64,000 nucleotides of DNA, taken from an uncultured Chloroflexia bacterium. GTDB taxonomy: Bacteria > Chloroflexota > Dehalococcoidia > UBA2979. Shown piece by piece: positions 45,237 to 55,548 of this stretch. Numbering within the stretch: position 1 is the stretch's first letter; each line of letters opens with the position of its first letter. Below the pieces are notes generated by a model. It was not told where the DNA came from. It was given only the letters and a program-made list of their open reading frames with translations, and made no database searches. The position numbers were made by a program, and so were the translations under genes. The stretch covers positions 1,472,001-1,536,000 of the forward strand of contig CAVSIV010000006.1 of NCBI GenBank assembly GCA_963728205.1, in the 5' to 3' direction.

Positions 45237-46133
45237 GTGAGCATTCCGTCCGGGGCCCGCTACCGCGTCGGCGCGGTGGACTTCGCCATCGTCAACGACG
45301 GCACGTACTGGTACGACGCCGGCGCGATCTTCGGCGTGGTGCCGCGCGTGATGTGGGAGCGCGTGCAACGCGACCTTGACGATCGCTACCGCATGCCGCT
45401 CGGCCTCAACTGCATCCTGCTGCGCTCGCGCGGCAAGACCGTGCTGGTCGAGACGGGCGTCGGCGGCAAGCCGGGCGACCGCGACGCCGCCTCGCCCGCC
45501 GAAGACGGCACCCTGATGACGTCGCTCGCCGCGCTCGGCGTCGCGCCCGCGGACGTCGACGTCGTCGTGAACACGCACCTCCACGCCGACCACTGCGGCT
45601 GGAACACGACCGTCGACGCGGACGGCATCCTGCGGCCGACCTTCCCGAACGCGACCTACGTCATCAACGCGCGCGAGTGGGAGGACGCGACACACCCGAA
45701 CGAGCGCACGCGCGCCACGTACCTCGAGCGGAACCTCGACCCGATCGAGGAGCACGTCGAGCTGGTCGACGGCGACTACGCCATCACCGACGAGCTGCAC
45801 TTCGTCCCGGCACGCGGCCATACCGAGGGGCACAGCACCGTCGTCATCCGCTCCGGGCAGGAGCTCGCCGTGTACCTCGGCGACCTCGCGCAGCACCGCA
45901 CGCAGCTCGAGCGCACGGCGTGGGTGTCGGGGCTCGACATCCTGCCGCTCGTCTCGTTGGAGACGAAGCGGCAACTGATGGAGGACGCGATCGAGCGCGA
46001 CTCGCTGCTCGTCTTTTGCCACGGCGCGTATCCGGGGGTGGGCCGCATGACGCGCACGCCCGAGGGCTACCGCCGCTGGGTCGACGAGCCGCCGCTCGGC
46101 GACGCGGTGGAGCCGGGGGCGGCGCCCGCGTGA
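45237..46133 (+). CDS. MBL-fold hydrolase (YtnP-like)
   Basis: DAGAIFGVVPRVMW, THLHADHCG, GHTEGH. Confidence 0.9.
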   Translation: MSIPSGARYRVGAVDFAIVNDGTYWYDAGAIFGVVPRVMWERVQRDLDDRYRMPLGLNCILLRSRGKTVLVETGVGGKPGDRDAASPAEDGTLMTSLAALGVAPADVDVVVNTHLHADHCGWNTTVDADGILRPTFPNATYVINAREWEDATHPNERTRATYLERNLDPIEEHVELVDGDYAITDELHFVPARGHTEGHSTVVIRSGQELAVYLGDLAQHRTQLERTAWVSGLDILPLVSLETKRQLMEDAIERDSLLVFCHGAYPGVGRMTRTPEGYRRWVDEPPLGDAVEPGAAPA

Positions 46134-47311
46134 CCGCGCCGCGCGAGCCCGGCACGCCCGGCGACGGTGGCGGCGTCGGCCGCTCCGACGTGCCGCCCCA
46201 GAACACGCTGCCCGTGCTGCAGGCCCGCGACCGCACGAACGTGCTGCCGCTCGCGTCGCTGCACCTGCGCCAGGGCTGGCACCCCGCGCCGGTCTACGGC
46301 TGGACGCTGCCGCTGTGGTTCCGCGGCCTCTACGACGAGCAGCTCGCCGCGCGCACGACCGCCGCGATCTTCGACCGCTCGCACCTCGGTCGCTTCTACG
46401 TGACCGGCGAAGCGGCCGCCGACGTGCTCGGCCGCGTCTTCGCGACCGACCCCGCTCGCGTCGCGCCACTCGGCGTGTCGCGCGCCGTCGCCTGCCGCGA
46501 CGACGGCGCCATCCTCGACGTCGCCACCCTGTGCCACCTCGACGCGGGCCGCTGGCTCGTCGTCACGGGGCCGCGCGCGCAGGTGCGGCTGCGCGAGGAC
46601 GTGGCGGCTGTGGTCGCGGCCGGCGAGGACGTGGTGGTGCGCGACCGCCTGCCGGAGTCGGTGCTGCTCTCGGTGCAGGGTCCGAACGCGGCCGCGCTGC
46701 TCGAGCAGGTCGTGGGCCAGACGCTGCCGCACGCGGTGCCGCGCGGCGAGGCGCACGAGCTGCTGCTCGGCGGCTACCGCGCGCTGGTCGCGCGCACGTC
46801 GCAGATCGGCGAGGACGGCTACTGGTTCCTCGTATCGGGCGAGGTCGGGGAGCACTTCTGGGAGAGCTGCGCCGCGGCCGGCATCGTGCCGGCCGGGCTC
46901 GCCGCGCACGACGCGCTGCGCCTCGAGGCCGGCGTGCTCGAGTCGCCGCACGAGACGCCGGCGCCGGCCACCCCCGCGGCCGCCGGCATGGGCGACCTGG
47001 TCGACCTCGACGCGCGCGACGGCGCGCCGCGCGCCTTCCCCGGCGCCGCGGCGCTGCGCGCCGCCGGCCCTCCGTCCCGCCGTGCCGCCGGCCTGCGCCT
47101 CGAGGGCCGCGCGCTCGCGAAGCGCGGCGCACGCGTCCGCGTCGACGGCCGCGACGCCGGAGCCTGCCTCGCCGGCGCCTACTCCGCGAAGCTCGCCACC
47201 AGCATCGCGCTCGCCTACCTCCCGCCCGGCGTCGCGCGCGTCGAGGTGGAGGTGGACGGCGCCGTCGTGCCGGCGGAGGTCGTGTCGCTGCCGTTCGTCG
47301 CCCCGCGCTGA
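46130..47311 (+). CDS. GcvT-family aminomethyltransferase-like protein (divergent)
   Basis: FDRSHLGRF, SVQGPNA, GEDGY, AHDALRLEAG, LPFV. Confidence 0.8.
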   Translation: MTAPREPGTPGDGGGVGRSDVPPQNTLPVLQARDRTNVLPLASLHLRQGWHPAPVYGWTLPLWFRGLYDEQLAARTTAAIFDRSHLGRFYVTGEAAADVLGRVFATDPARVAPLGVSRAVACRDDGAILDVATLCHLDAGRWLVVTGPRAQVRLREDVAAVVAAGEDVVVRDRLPESVLLSVQGPNAAALLEQVVGQTLPHAVPRGEAHELLLGGYRALVARTSQIGEDGYWFLVSGEVGEHFWESCAAAGIVPAGLAAHDALRLEAGVLESPHETPAPATPAAAGMGDLVDLDARDGAPRAFPGAAALRAAGPPSRRAAGLRLEGRALAKRGARVRVDGRDAGACLAGAYSAKLATSIALAYLPPGVARVEVEVDGAVVPAEVVSLPFVAPR

Positions 47312-47486
47312 CCGCCCCCGGTTCACGTTTTCGGCGCGCGGAACACGCCGGCGTTCCGGACGAATCCCGCGAAGCGAGCCACGGCGCTCCCGTGCACCGA
47401 GCCATCGCCGCGCGCGGCGTGGGGTGATGGCTCGAACCCCGAGCCCCGTCGTGGCCTGCGGACGCGGGTGCGGCCGTCCGCCGCAC

Positions 47487-47581
47487 CACAGCGGCGGCGG
47501 ATACGCCGCCGACAGCACGCGGACGCCAGTCCGCGCTGCTGCTGCCGCACACCTGTCGGCGGCATGTCTGCCGCCGCTGTG
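47487..47581. repeat. REPIN-like family B copy
   Basis: Inverted REP pair between convergent genes. Confidence 0.75.
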
Positions 47582-47601
47582 GGTGCGGCGGACGGACCCG
47601 C

Positions 47602-49707
47602 CTACAGGTGCCGCTGGATCGGCAGCTCGCGGTGCCGCTGGCCCGTCGCCGCGAACACGCCGCTGGAGATCGCCGCGGCGATCGGGACGATGCCCGGCTC
47701 GCCGGCGCCCGTCGACGGGTCGCTGTCGTCGCCGACCAGCGACGTGTCGATGCGCGGCGTGTTGTTGATCCGCGGCACGCGGTAGCGGGTGAAGCCGGGG
47801 TTCAGCAGGCGGCCCGCCTCGAAGTCGATCGCCTCGTAGAGCGCCGTGCCCATGCCCATCACCACCGAGCCCTCGACCTGGTTGCGCACGCCCTCGGGGT
47901 TCACGACGAGGCCGCAGTCGAGCGCGGCGGCGACGCGGTCGACGCGCACCTCCTTGCCCTGCACCCGCAGCTCGACCGCGGTGGCGACGTAGCTGCCGAC
48001 GTCGATCCCGAGCGCGATGCCGAGCCCGCGCGCGCGCTGTTGCGCCGGATCGGCGTCCCAGCCGATGTCGGCGGCGGCGCGCTCCAGCACGCGGCGGAAG
48101 CGCGGGTGCGAGAGGTTGCGCAGGCGCAGCTCCAGCGGGTCCGCGCCGACCGCCTCCGCGATCTCGTCCATGTGCACCTCGCGCGCGAAGTGGTTCACCG
48201 CCGCGCCCAGCGATCGATATGAGCCGCTCGGCAGCGGGCTGTCCGAGCGATAGACCATCGAGCGCACGTGCGCGACGTCGTATGGCGTCTCCGAGCCGCG
48301 CCGGCCGATCATCACGCGCTCGCCGGTGTGGTACGCGTTCGCCTCCCACGCGGTCAGCGTGCCGTCGGCGCGGAAGCCGCTCTTAATCTGGATCAGGGCG
48401 CAGGGGCGGAAGGTCGCCCACGTCGTCTCCTCGGGGCGCGTGTACGCGACGCGCACCGGGCGCCCCGCCGCACGCGCGAGCCGCGCCGCCTCGATCGCGA
48501 TCGGGTAGATGCTCTTGCCGCCGAAGCCGCCGCCGATCTCGGGCGCGATCACCTGGATGCGCGACTCGTCGATCTCGAGCGCCTGCGCGAGGTCGGCGCG
48601 CACGCCGAAGGGGCGCTGCGTGCCGGCCCAGACGGTGAGGTGGGCGCCCTCCCACGCGGCCACCGCCGCGCGCGGCTCCATCGGCGCGTTCGTCACGTAG
48701 GGGATGAAGTAGGTCGACTCGAGGACGTGTACCGCCTCGCGGAAGCCCGCGTCGAGGTCGCCCGCCTCCTGCGTCGCGTAGCCGTCGGCGGCGCTCTCGA
48801 CGAGCAGCGTCGGCATGTCCCAGCGCGACGGCTGGCCCGGCTGCTCCTCCCACTCCGCGCGCAGCACGCGCGCCGCGAGCTCGCCAGCCTCGTCGCTCTC
48901 GGCGAGCACCGCGAGCAGGTTGCCCTCGCGCACGACCTGCGCGACGCCGGGCATCGCCTCGGCGGCCGTCGCGTCCACGTCGCGCAGCTGGGCGTGGTAC
49001 GAGGGCCGCCGCACGACGGTCGCGAAGAGCATCCCCGGCACCTGCACGTCCTGCGAGTAGACGGCCTGCCCGGTGACGCGCATTACCGCGTCGACGCGCT
49101 GTGTCACCTCGCCCATCACCGTGAATTCCGCGCGCTCGTTCAGCGGCGTCTCGCGGTCGAGCGGGATCGCGAGGCGCTGGCCCCGCACGAGCTCGCCGTA
49201 GTCGACCGCGCGCGAGGGGTCGTTCGTCGACACGACGCGGCCGTCGCGGCAGGCGAGCTGGCTCACCGGCAGGTCGAGCCGGTCGGCGGCCAGCGCCTTC
49301 AGGTACTCGCGGGCGGTCGACGCCGCGCGCCGCAGCTGCAGGCCGACGCGCGCCGTCGACTGGCTGCCGAACGTGCCCATGTCCCACGGCACGACGTCGG
49401 TGTCGCCGAGGATCGTCGTCACGCGCTCGAGCGGCAGGGCCAGCTCGTCGGCGACCTCGACGGTGAGGCCGTGGCGGATGCCCTGGCCGTACTCGACCTT
49501 GCCGGCGAAGGCGGTGGCGGTGCCGTCGGGGTGGACGCGCAGCCACGTCGCCGTCTCGCGCTCGGGCTCGGTGTTGCCGTACGTCGCCTGGCCGTAGCCG
49601 CTGCGACTCGCCGGGAAGCCCACGGTCACCTCGCCGGTGACCGACAGGCCCTCGTCGGCCGTGTCCGCGGCGGTGGCCGTGGCGGGGATGTGCGGGGTGG
49701 TGGTCAT
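47602..49707 (-). CDS. Xanthine dehydrogenase family molybdopterin subunit (IorB-like)
   Basis: GKVEYGQG, GTFGSQS, APMEP, IGGGFGGK, YRSLG, GAGEPGI. Confidence 0.92.
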   Translation of the reverse strand: MTTTPHIPATATAADTADEGLSVTGEVTVGFPASRSGYGQATYGNTEPERETATWLRVHPDGTATAFAGKVEYGQGIRHGLTVEVADELALPLERVTTILGDTDVVPWDMGTFGSQSTARVGLQLRRAASTAREYLKALAADRLDLPVSQLACRDGRVVSTNDPSRAVDYGELVRGQRLAIPLDRETPLNERAEFTVMGEVTQRVDAVMRVTGQAVYSQDVQVPGMLFATVVRRPSYHAQLRDVDATAAEAMPGVAQVVREGNLLAVLAESDEAGELAARVLRAEWEEQPGQPSRWDMPTLLVESAADGYATQEAGDLDAGFREAVHVLESTYFIPYVTNAPMEPRAAVAAWEGAHLTVWAGTQRPFGVRADLAQALEIDESRIQVIAPEIGGGFGGKSIYPIAIEAARLARAAGRPVRVAYTRPEETTWATFRPCALIQIKSGFRADGTLTAWEANAYHTGERVMIGRRGSETPYDVAHVRSMVYRSDSPLPSGSYRSLGAAVNHFAREVHMDEIAEAVGADPLELRLRNLSHPRFRRVLERAAADIGWDADPAQQRARGLGIALGIDVGSYVATAVELRVQGKEVRVDRVAAALDCGLVVNPEGVRNQVEGSVVMGMGTALYEAIDFEAGRLLNPGFTRYRVPRINNTPRIDTSLVGDDSDPSTGAGEPGIVPIAAAISSGVFAATGQRHRELPIQRHL

Positions 49708-50180
49708 GCCGCGCCGCCGTTCGCGCCGGCGCCCGCCGCGGCCGCGCGCTCGACCGCGCGCTGGATGCGCTGGTACGTGCCGCAGCGGCAGATGTGCTCC
49801 GAGAGCGCCTCGCGGATCTGCTCCGACGATGGGTCGTGCTCGCGCTGCAGCAGCCCGACCGACGTCATCACGAAGCCGGGGATGCAGTACCCGCACTGCA
49901 GCGCCTGCTCCTCGACGAACGCGCGCTGCACCGGGTGCAGCGCGCCGTCACGCGCGAGGCCCTCGATGGTGGTGACGTCGCCGCCGGCCACGGCGCCGAC
50001 GGTCGTGAGGCACGAGCGGATCGGCTGCCCGTCGACGAGCACCGTGCAGGCGCCGCACAGCCCCTCGCCGCAGCCGTACTTCGTGCCGGTCAGCCCGAGG
50101 TCGAAGCGGAGGTACGAGAGCAGGTTGCGATCGCCGCGCGCTGCCTCGCAGGCCTCGCCGTTCACGTTCAGGGTCGGCAC
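49704..50180 (-). CDS. [2Fe-2S] subunit (IorA/CoxS-like)
   Basis: GTKYGCGEGLCGACTV, QCGYCIPG, ICRCGTY. Confidence 0.93.
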   Translation of the reverse strand: MPTLNVNGEACEAARGDRNLLSYLRFDLGLTGTKYGCGEGLCGACTVLVDGQPIRSCLTTVGAVAGGDVTTIEGLARDGALHPVQRAFVEEQALQCGYCIPGFVMTSVGLLQREHDPSSEQIREALSEHICRCGTYQRIQRAVERAAAAGAGANGGAA

Positions 50181-50404
50181 GTCGTGTCCTTTCCGGTGCG
50201 GTCGAGGCGCAGGATAACGCCGCGCCGCCTCGGTGGCGGCCCGCCGGTGGCCGGGCGACCTCCGTGCGGCGGCGAGCCCACCTTCGTGACGAGACGACGC
50301 ACACGCGACACGCGCCTCCGGCGCGGCGGCTGCTCCCTCGCGTCGCGGCATCACGAGAGAGCAGGGGGCTGACGCCGCTCCGCTCGCCGCGGCGGAGAAG
50401 GGCG

Positions 50405-50434
50405 TTGACATGTGACTGATAGGTCACATATAAC
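50405..50434 (+). promoter_or_regulatory. Leaderless promoter with ArsR operator
   Basis: TTGACA..TATAAC enclosing ATGTGAC-N6-GTCACAT; ATG 6 nt later. Confidence 0.8.
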
Positions 50435-50440
50435 TCGGAC

Positions 50441-50770
50441 ATGGACGACGACGACCGCGTGTTCCGCGCCCTCGCCGACCCCACGCGCCGGCTCCTCCTC
50501 GACCGGCTCTTCGAGCGCGACGGCCGCACGCTCACGGAGCTCGAGTCCGAGGTGGCGATGACGCGCTTCGGCGTGATGAAGCACCTGCGGGTGCTCGAAG
50601 ACGCGGGGCTCGTCGTCACCCGCCGGTCCGGGCGAGAGAAGCTTCACTTCCTCAACCCGGTGCCGATCCGCCTGATCCACGACCGCTGGATCGACAAGTA
50701 CACGGAGCGCCGGGTGTCGGCGCTCGCGGACCTGAAGCACGAACTGGAGCGAGATGACCACCATGCCTGA
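50441..50770 (+). CDS. ArsR-family regulator
   Basis: VFRALADPTRRLLLDRL, MTRFGVMKHLRVLEDAGLV. Confidence 0.92.
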   Translation: MDDDDRVFRALADPTRRLLLDRLFERDGRTLTELESEVAMTRFGVMKHLRVLEDAGLVVTRRSGREKLHFLNPVPIRLIHDRWIDKYTERRVSALADLKHELERDDHHA

Positions 50771-51275
50771 GACGAAGACCGAGCAGGTGTACCGGGTCTA
50801 CATCCGGGCGACGCCCGAGGCGATCTGGGACGCGATCACGAAGCCCGAGTGGACGGTGCGGTACGGCTATGCCCCGCTCGTCGAGTACGACCTCCGGCCC
50901 GGCGGTGCGTTCCGCGCCCACGCCAACGAGGGCATGAAGGCCGTGCCCGGCATCCCCGACGTCGTCAGCGACGGCGAGGTGCTCGAGGTCGACCCGCCGC
51001 GGCGCCTCGTCCAGACGTGGCGCATGACGATGACGCCGGAGCTGGCGGCCGAGGCGTACACGCGCGTGACCTGGGAGATCGAGCCCGTGCGCGGTGGCGT
51101 GACCCGCCTCACCGTGACGCACGACGTCACGGGGGCGCCGATGTGGGGCTCCGTGTCCGCGGGCGAGCACGAGTCGGAGGGCGCCGGCGGCGGCTGGAAC
51201 GAGATCCTGAGCAGCCTGAAGACGCTGCTCGAGACCGGCGAGGCGCTGCCGTTCCAGAGCGGCCCGGCGAACTGA
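50754..51275 (+). CDS. SRPBCC-domain protein
   Basis: YIRATPEAIWDAIT, GEVLEVDPPRRLV, GWNEILSSLKTLLETG. Confidence 0.9.
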   Translation: MTTMPETKTEQVYRVYIRATPEAIWDAITKPEWTVRYGYAPLVEYDLRPGGAFRAHANEGMKAVPGIPDVVSDGEVLEVDPPRRLVQTWRMTMTPELAAEAYTRVTWEIEPVRGGVTRLTVTHDVTGAPMWGSVSAGEHESEGAGGGWNEILSSLKTLLETGEALPFQSGPAN

Positions 51276-51378
51276 GGAGGGGACTTCCGCGGCGAGCGCG
51301 GGGCCACGCCGCCCCGTGCTCGCCGCGCGGGCCTGCACGGCGGGGCCCGTGGCCCGCCGCGCGCGCCGCGCACGCGAC

Positions 51379-51444
51379 GACCGCGCGCCGACGGAGCCGG
51401 TGCCCGGCGCGAGCCGACACCGGCGGAGGAGGATGAGAGCGCGG
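51379..51444 (+). repeat. Structured repeat family A, single copy
   Basis: Same frame sequence as the array unit, with a covaried stem. Confidence 0.75.
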
Positions 51445-51448
51445 CGGA

Positions 51449-52225
51449 TTACCTTGCCCGGCTGCCGCCGTCGACCGTGTAGATCCCGCCGGTGATGAAC
51501 GACGCGTCGTCGCTCGCGAGGAATGCGACCAGCGCGGCCACCTCCTCCGCCGTCCCGATGCGCCCCATCGGCCCGAGCATCCCCATGTTCCGCTTCGCCG
51601 CGTCCGGATCGTCCGGGTTCGCCCCGCGCGCGAGCTCGTCGCCCATCGGCGTGTCGATCACCGCCGGGCACACGGCGTTCACGCGGATCTTCGACGGCGC
51701 CAGCGCGAGCGCCGCCGACTTCGTCATCCCCACCACCGCGTGCTTGCTCGCGCCGTAGGCGAACAGCGTCGGCGTCCCCTGCAGGCCCGCGACCGACGCC
51801 GTGTTCACGATCGCGCCGCCGCCGCGCGCGCGCATCGCCTGCGCGACCTCGCGCAGCCCCAGCCAGACGCCCTTCACGTTCACCTGCAGCACGCGGTCGA
51901 ACATCTCCTCCGGGTAGTCGAAGAGCGTCGTGACCGGGCCGAGGATGCCGGCGTTGTTGAAGAAGACGTCGATGCCGCCGAAGCGCGCGGTCGCGTCCTC
52001 GACGTAGCGGCGCACGTCGGCCGCCTGCGTGACGTCGGCCGCGATCGTGTGCGCCTCGCCGCCGGCGCGCTCGACCGCGGCGGCGCTCTCGGCGAGCGCG
52101 GTGCCCGCGAGGTCGACGAGCACGACGCGCGCGCCCTCGGACGCGAAGCGCGCCGCCGCCGCGCGGCCGATGCCGCCCGCGGCACCCGTGATCACCGCCA
52201 CCTTGCCGTCGAAGCGCCCCGCCAT
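51449..52225 (-). CDS. SDR-family oxidoreductase
   Basis: TGAAGGIG, NNAG, YGASK. Confidence 0.93.
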   Translation of the reverse strand: MAGRFDGKVAVITGAAGGIGRAAAARFASEGARVVLVDLAGTALAESAAAVERAGGEAHTIAADVTQAADVRRYVEDATARFGGIDVFFNNAGILGPVTTLFDYPEEMFDRVLQVNVKGVWLGLREVAQAMRARGGGAIVNTASVAGLQGTPTLFAYGASKHAVVGMTKSAALALAPSKIRVNAVCPAVIDTPMGDELARGANPDDPDAAKRNMGMLGPMGRIGTAEEVAALVAFLASDDASFITGGIYTVDGGSRAR

Positions 52226-52323
52226 GCCCGACCTCCTCCATGCCGCCGACGCGGCGAGCCGCGAGCCGTCGGCCCGCCGGTTTGCGCGCGGAGTCTAGCG
52301 GGTCGACCGGACGGGACGCGGGG

Positions 52324-52980
52324 TCAGTACTCCGCCTCGATCGCGTTGCCCCACTGGAAGGGGCGCGTCAGGACACAGCCCAGCCGGTGCTCGGCCGCGA
52401 AGTGCTTCACCGCCGCGCGCAGCGGCTCGGTGAGCTCGGCGCGGTAGCCGACCTCCTGCGCGTACATGCGCGGGTGCAGGTAGACGTCGATGTACGCGAT
52501 GCGCCCCGCCGCCGGCGGCAGCAGCGCCGCCGCCTGAGCGAACTCCTGCGCTGCCTGGCGCAGCAGCTCGTCCATCGTGCGCACGGGCCACAGGCGGCGC
52601 GGCGCGACGTAGGCGTCGTGCGCGGCGACGTGGACGAGCATCGGCGCGTCGGCGGCCTCCGCCTGCGGCGCGAACCGCGGCGGGCCGAGGTGCGCGGCCG
52701 CCCACGCGAAGGCACACGCCTCGGTGAAGACGTCCTGCAGTCGCTCGTCGCGCTCCGACCAGCCGTCGCACGCGTCCTCGCCGTGCGCGTGCACGAGCCG
52801 CGTCGCGAGCGTCTCGATGCCGCCGCCCTCCGCCACCGCGTCGAGGGCGCGGCCGAGCCAGTAGATCGGCGGGTTGTGCTCCGGCGTGCGCGACTTCAGC
52901 CACGCCACCCAGCACGACTCGCCCCACTGATCGGGCTCGATGCGGGGAAAGAGCTGTTCTGCCCAACCGGCGATTTCCAC
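52324..52980 (-). CDS. Hypothetical protein
   Basis: Protein-like Trp-rich ORF; TACGAT 6 nt before GTG suggests a leaderless start; no family recognised. Confidence 0.6.
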   Translation of the reverse strand: MEIAGWAEQLFPRIEPDQWGESCWVAWLKSRTPEHNPPIYWLGRALDAVAEGGGIETLATRLVHAHGEDACDGWSERDERLQDVFTEACAFAWAAAHLGPPRFAPQAEAADAPMLVHVAAHDAYVAPRRLWPVRTMDELLRQAAQEFAQAAALLPPAAGRIAYIDVYLHPRMYAQEVGYRAELTEPLRAAVKHFAAEHRLGCVLTRPFQWGNAIEAEY

Positions 52981-53084
52981 GCGGCCATCGTACGGGGACG
53001 CTGCCGGAGCGGCCTGCGCGCCGCGGCATTTCCCCCCGCCGGCCGGCGGCACGCGGACGGAGGAGGGTCAGAGCGCGGCGCTCG

Positions 53085-53568
53085 GCGGCTACCCACACGA
53101 CGACCGCGCGCCGACGGAGTCCGCGCCCGGCGCGAGCCGACGCGGACGGAGGAGGAGGCGCTCAGCGGCTACCCACACGACGACCGCGCGCCGACGGAGT
53201 CCGCGCCCGGCGCGAGCCGACGCGGACGGAGGAGGAGGCGCTCAGCGGCTACCCACACGACGACCGCGCGCCGACGGAGTCCGCGCCCGGCGCGAGCCGA
53301 CGCGGACGGAGGAGGAGGCGCTCAGCGGCTACCCACACGACGACCGCGCGCCGACGGAGTCCGCGCCCGGCGCGAGCCGACGCGGACGGAGGAGGAGGCG
53401 CTCAGCGGCTACCCACACGACGACCGCGCGCCGACGGAGTCCGCGCCCGGCGCGAGCCGACGCGGACGGAGGAGGAGGCGCTCAGCGGCTACCCACACGA
53501 CGACCGCGCGCCGACGGAGTCCGCGCCCGGCGCGAGCCGACGCGGACGGAGGAGGATCAGAGCGCGGC
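53085..53568 (+). repeat. Tandem array of six 80-bp units (family A)
   Basis: ACCCACACGA recurs at 53091, 53171, 53251, 53331, 53411 and 53491; units essentially identical; partial copy at 53051-53078. Confidence 0.95.
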
Positions 53569-53627
53569 GGATCACGTGTAGGATTCCCGCGCCCCTCGAC
53601 ACGCACGCGAACGCGGGAGAACGCCCG

Positions 53628-54431
53628 ATGCTGGAGACGCTCAAACTCGACGGCAAGACGATCATCGTGACCGGCGGCGGCCGCGGGCTGGGTCGCGCAA
53701 TGGCGAAGGCGCTGGCCGAGGCCGGCGCGCGCGTCGTCGTCGCCGCCCGCACGCAGGAGCAGCTCGACGAGACCGTGAAGGAGATCACGGACGCCGGCGG
53801 CGAGGCGATGGCCGTCCGCACCGACGTCACCGACTCCGACCAGGTGAACTCGCTCGTCGCCGCGGCGGTGGAGACCTACGGCCGGCTGGACGGCATGTTC
53901 GCGAACGCCGGCATCGGCGGCGGCACGAACGCCGAGTTCTGGGACTACCCGGACTGGGCGTTCGAAGAGGTCCTCGCCGTCAACCTGAAGTCGGCGTTCT
54001 ACTCCGGCCGCGCCGCGGCGAAGCAGTTCGTCGAGCAGGGCAGCGGCGGCGTGATCGTGAACACCGCGTCCGGGACGGCGATGCGGGGCAACAAGGGCTT
54101 CGCCTACCCGACGGCGAAGGGCGGCGTGCTCTCGCTGACGAAGTCGGAGGCGACGATGCTCTGGCCGCAGGGCATCCGCGCGAACGTGATCGTCCCCGGC
54201 TTCGTCTCGCAGCGCCCGCCGAAGGACGAGGCAGAGGCCGCGTTCCGCAAGCAGCGCGGGTCGTTCGTCCCGGTGCGGCGGCTCGGCGAGTGGTGGGAGC
54301 TCGGCCCGCTGGCGGTGTTCCTCGCCTCGGACGCCTCGAAGTACATCACCGGCAACGAGTTCGTCATCGACGGCGGTGGGCTCGCCGGCGGCCTCGGGCC
54401 CGTCGGCTTCGAGCCGCAGCACGAGTGGTAG
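53628..54431 (+). CDS. SDR-family oxidoreductase (catalytic motifs intact)
   Basis: TGGGRGLG, ANAG, YPTAK. Confidence 0.92.
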   Translation: MLETLKLDGKTIIVTGGGRGLGRAMAKALAEAGARVVVAARTQEQLDETVKEITDAGGEAMAVRTDVTDSDQVNSLVAAAVETYGRLDGMFANAGIGGGTNAEFWDYPDWAFEEVLAVNLKSAFYSGRAAAKQFVEQGSGGVIVNTASGTAMRGNKGFAYPTAKGGVLSLTKSEATMLWPQGIRANVIVPGFVSQRPPKDEAEAAFRKQRGSFVPVRRLGEWWELGPLAVFLASDASKYITGNEFVIDGGGLAGGLGPVGFEPQHEW

Positions 54432-54442
54432 GGGGACGCACG

Positions 54443-55225
54443 ATGCCGAAGGCCGCGCACTTCAACCTGGAGGGCAAGCGGGCGATGGTCGTCGGGGTCG
54501 AGAACCCCGCCGCCGCCGCGATCGCGCTCGCGTTCGCGGAAGCCGGCGCCGACGTCGCGCTGTGCACGCTCGAGCCGAACGAGGCCGTGCCCGCCGCGCG
54601 CAAGGTCGCGAAGCAGATCGAGGGGATGGGACGAAAGTCCGGCGTCTACGTGATGGACGTGACGCTCGGCAAGAACGTCCAGGTCACGACGCGCCAGGTC
54701 GCGAAGGAGATGGGCGGCCTCGACCTCGTGGTGAGCGCGCCCGATCACTTCCTCGCCAAGCCGATCACGAAGATCAGCGACACCGAGCTGGCGAACGTGC
54801 TCAAGGTGAACTTCAGCGCGCACTTCTTCGTCGTGCGCCAGGCGGTCGCCGAGCTGCAGAAGAACGACGAAGGCGGCCGCATCATCGTGGTCACGAGCGT
54901 GCTCGGCGAGCGCGGCCTGCCCAACACGTCGGCCTACTCCGGGGCGACGGGCGCGGCGTACAACCTCGTGCGCGCGGTCGCGCAGGAGGTCGCCGACGAC
55001 GGGATCACCGTCAACGGCATCGCGCTCGGCTGGATGGACTGGCAGAGCGACCGGCTGGCCCCCGGCGACGAGCAGGCGCAGCGTGCGACGCGCTTCCCGA
55101 TCATGAAGCGCCCCGGGACGGCGGAGGAGGTGGGGCCGCTGGCCGTGTATCTCGCGGGCACCGGCACCGGCTACGTGACGGGCCAGATCTTCCCCGTCGA
55201 CGGGGGCCTGCTGCAGCACCTGTAG
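54443..55225 (+). CDS. SDR-fold protein with degenerate motifs
   Basis: VGVENPAA replaces TGxxxGxG; YSGAT lacks the catalytic Lys; C-terminal YVTGQIFPVDGG retained. Confidence 0.8.
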   Translation: MPKAAHFNLEGKRAMVVGVENPAAAAIALAFAEAGADVALCTLEPNEAVPAARKVAKQIEGMGRKSGVYVMDVTLGKNVQVTTRQVAKEMGGLDLVVSAPDHFLAKPITKISDTELANVLKVNFSAHFFVVRQAVAELQKNDEGGRIIVVTSVLGERGLPNTSAYSGATGAAYNLVRAVAQEVADDGITVNGIALGWMDWQSDRLAPGDEQAQRATRFPIMKRPGTAEEVGPLAVYLAGTGTGYVTGQIFPVDGGLLQHL

Positions 55226-55548
55226 CGTGGGGGCGCCGAACGCGCCCGGGTGCGTCATGCGGGCGCCCTGCACTTGCCGCGTGAGGCGCCACTCGGGCCG
55301 CACAAGCCGCGCGCGTCACGCGGGCGGTGCGCCGCGGCGCGGGGCGCGGTCGGCGTGGCTGGCTCGGCGGTACACGGCGTACCGCCCGCGTCATGCGGGC
55401 GGCTTTGCGTGTGCCGCGTGCGGCGCCCACCGGGGCCACGCAAGCCACCCTCGGCACGCGGGAGGTGCGCTGGCGCCGCCCCGGGAGCCCGCGCACCTGT
55501 TCCGCCGGGTGCATAATCCCCGCGCACACGACGAGCGAGGGGGACGCC

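Noticed and set aside
52324-52980. Hypothetical protein as a PD-(D/E)xK nuclease linked to the adjacent array
   Set aside because: No intact catalytic motif could be identified; adjacency alone is insufficient.
53085-53568. 80-bp array as a CRISPR array
   Set aside because: Units are identical along their full length, with no unique spacers and no cas genes in the window.
52940-53581. Repeat-protein ORFs across the array
   Set aside because: The 80-bp unit is not a multiple of 3, so the peptide cycles through frames; dispersed copies are intergenic.
55226-55500. Imperfect repeats (CGTCA(T/C)GCGGGCG) before the crotonase as an ncRNA
   Set aside because: Degenerate GC-rich repeats with no convincing conserved structure or second locus in the window.
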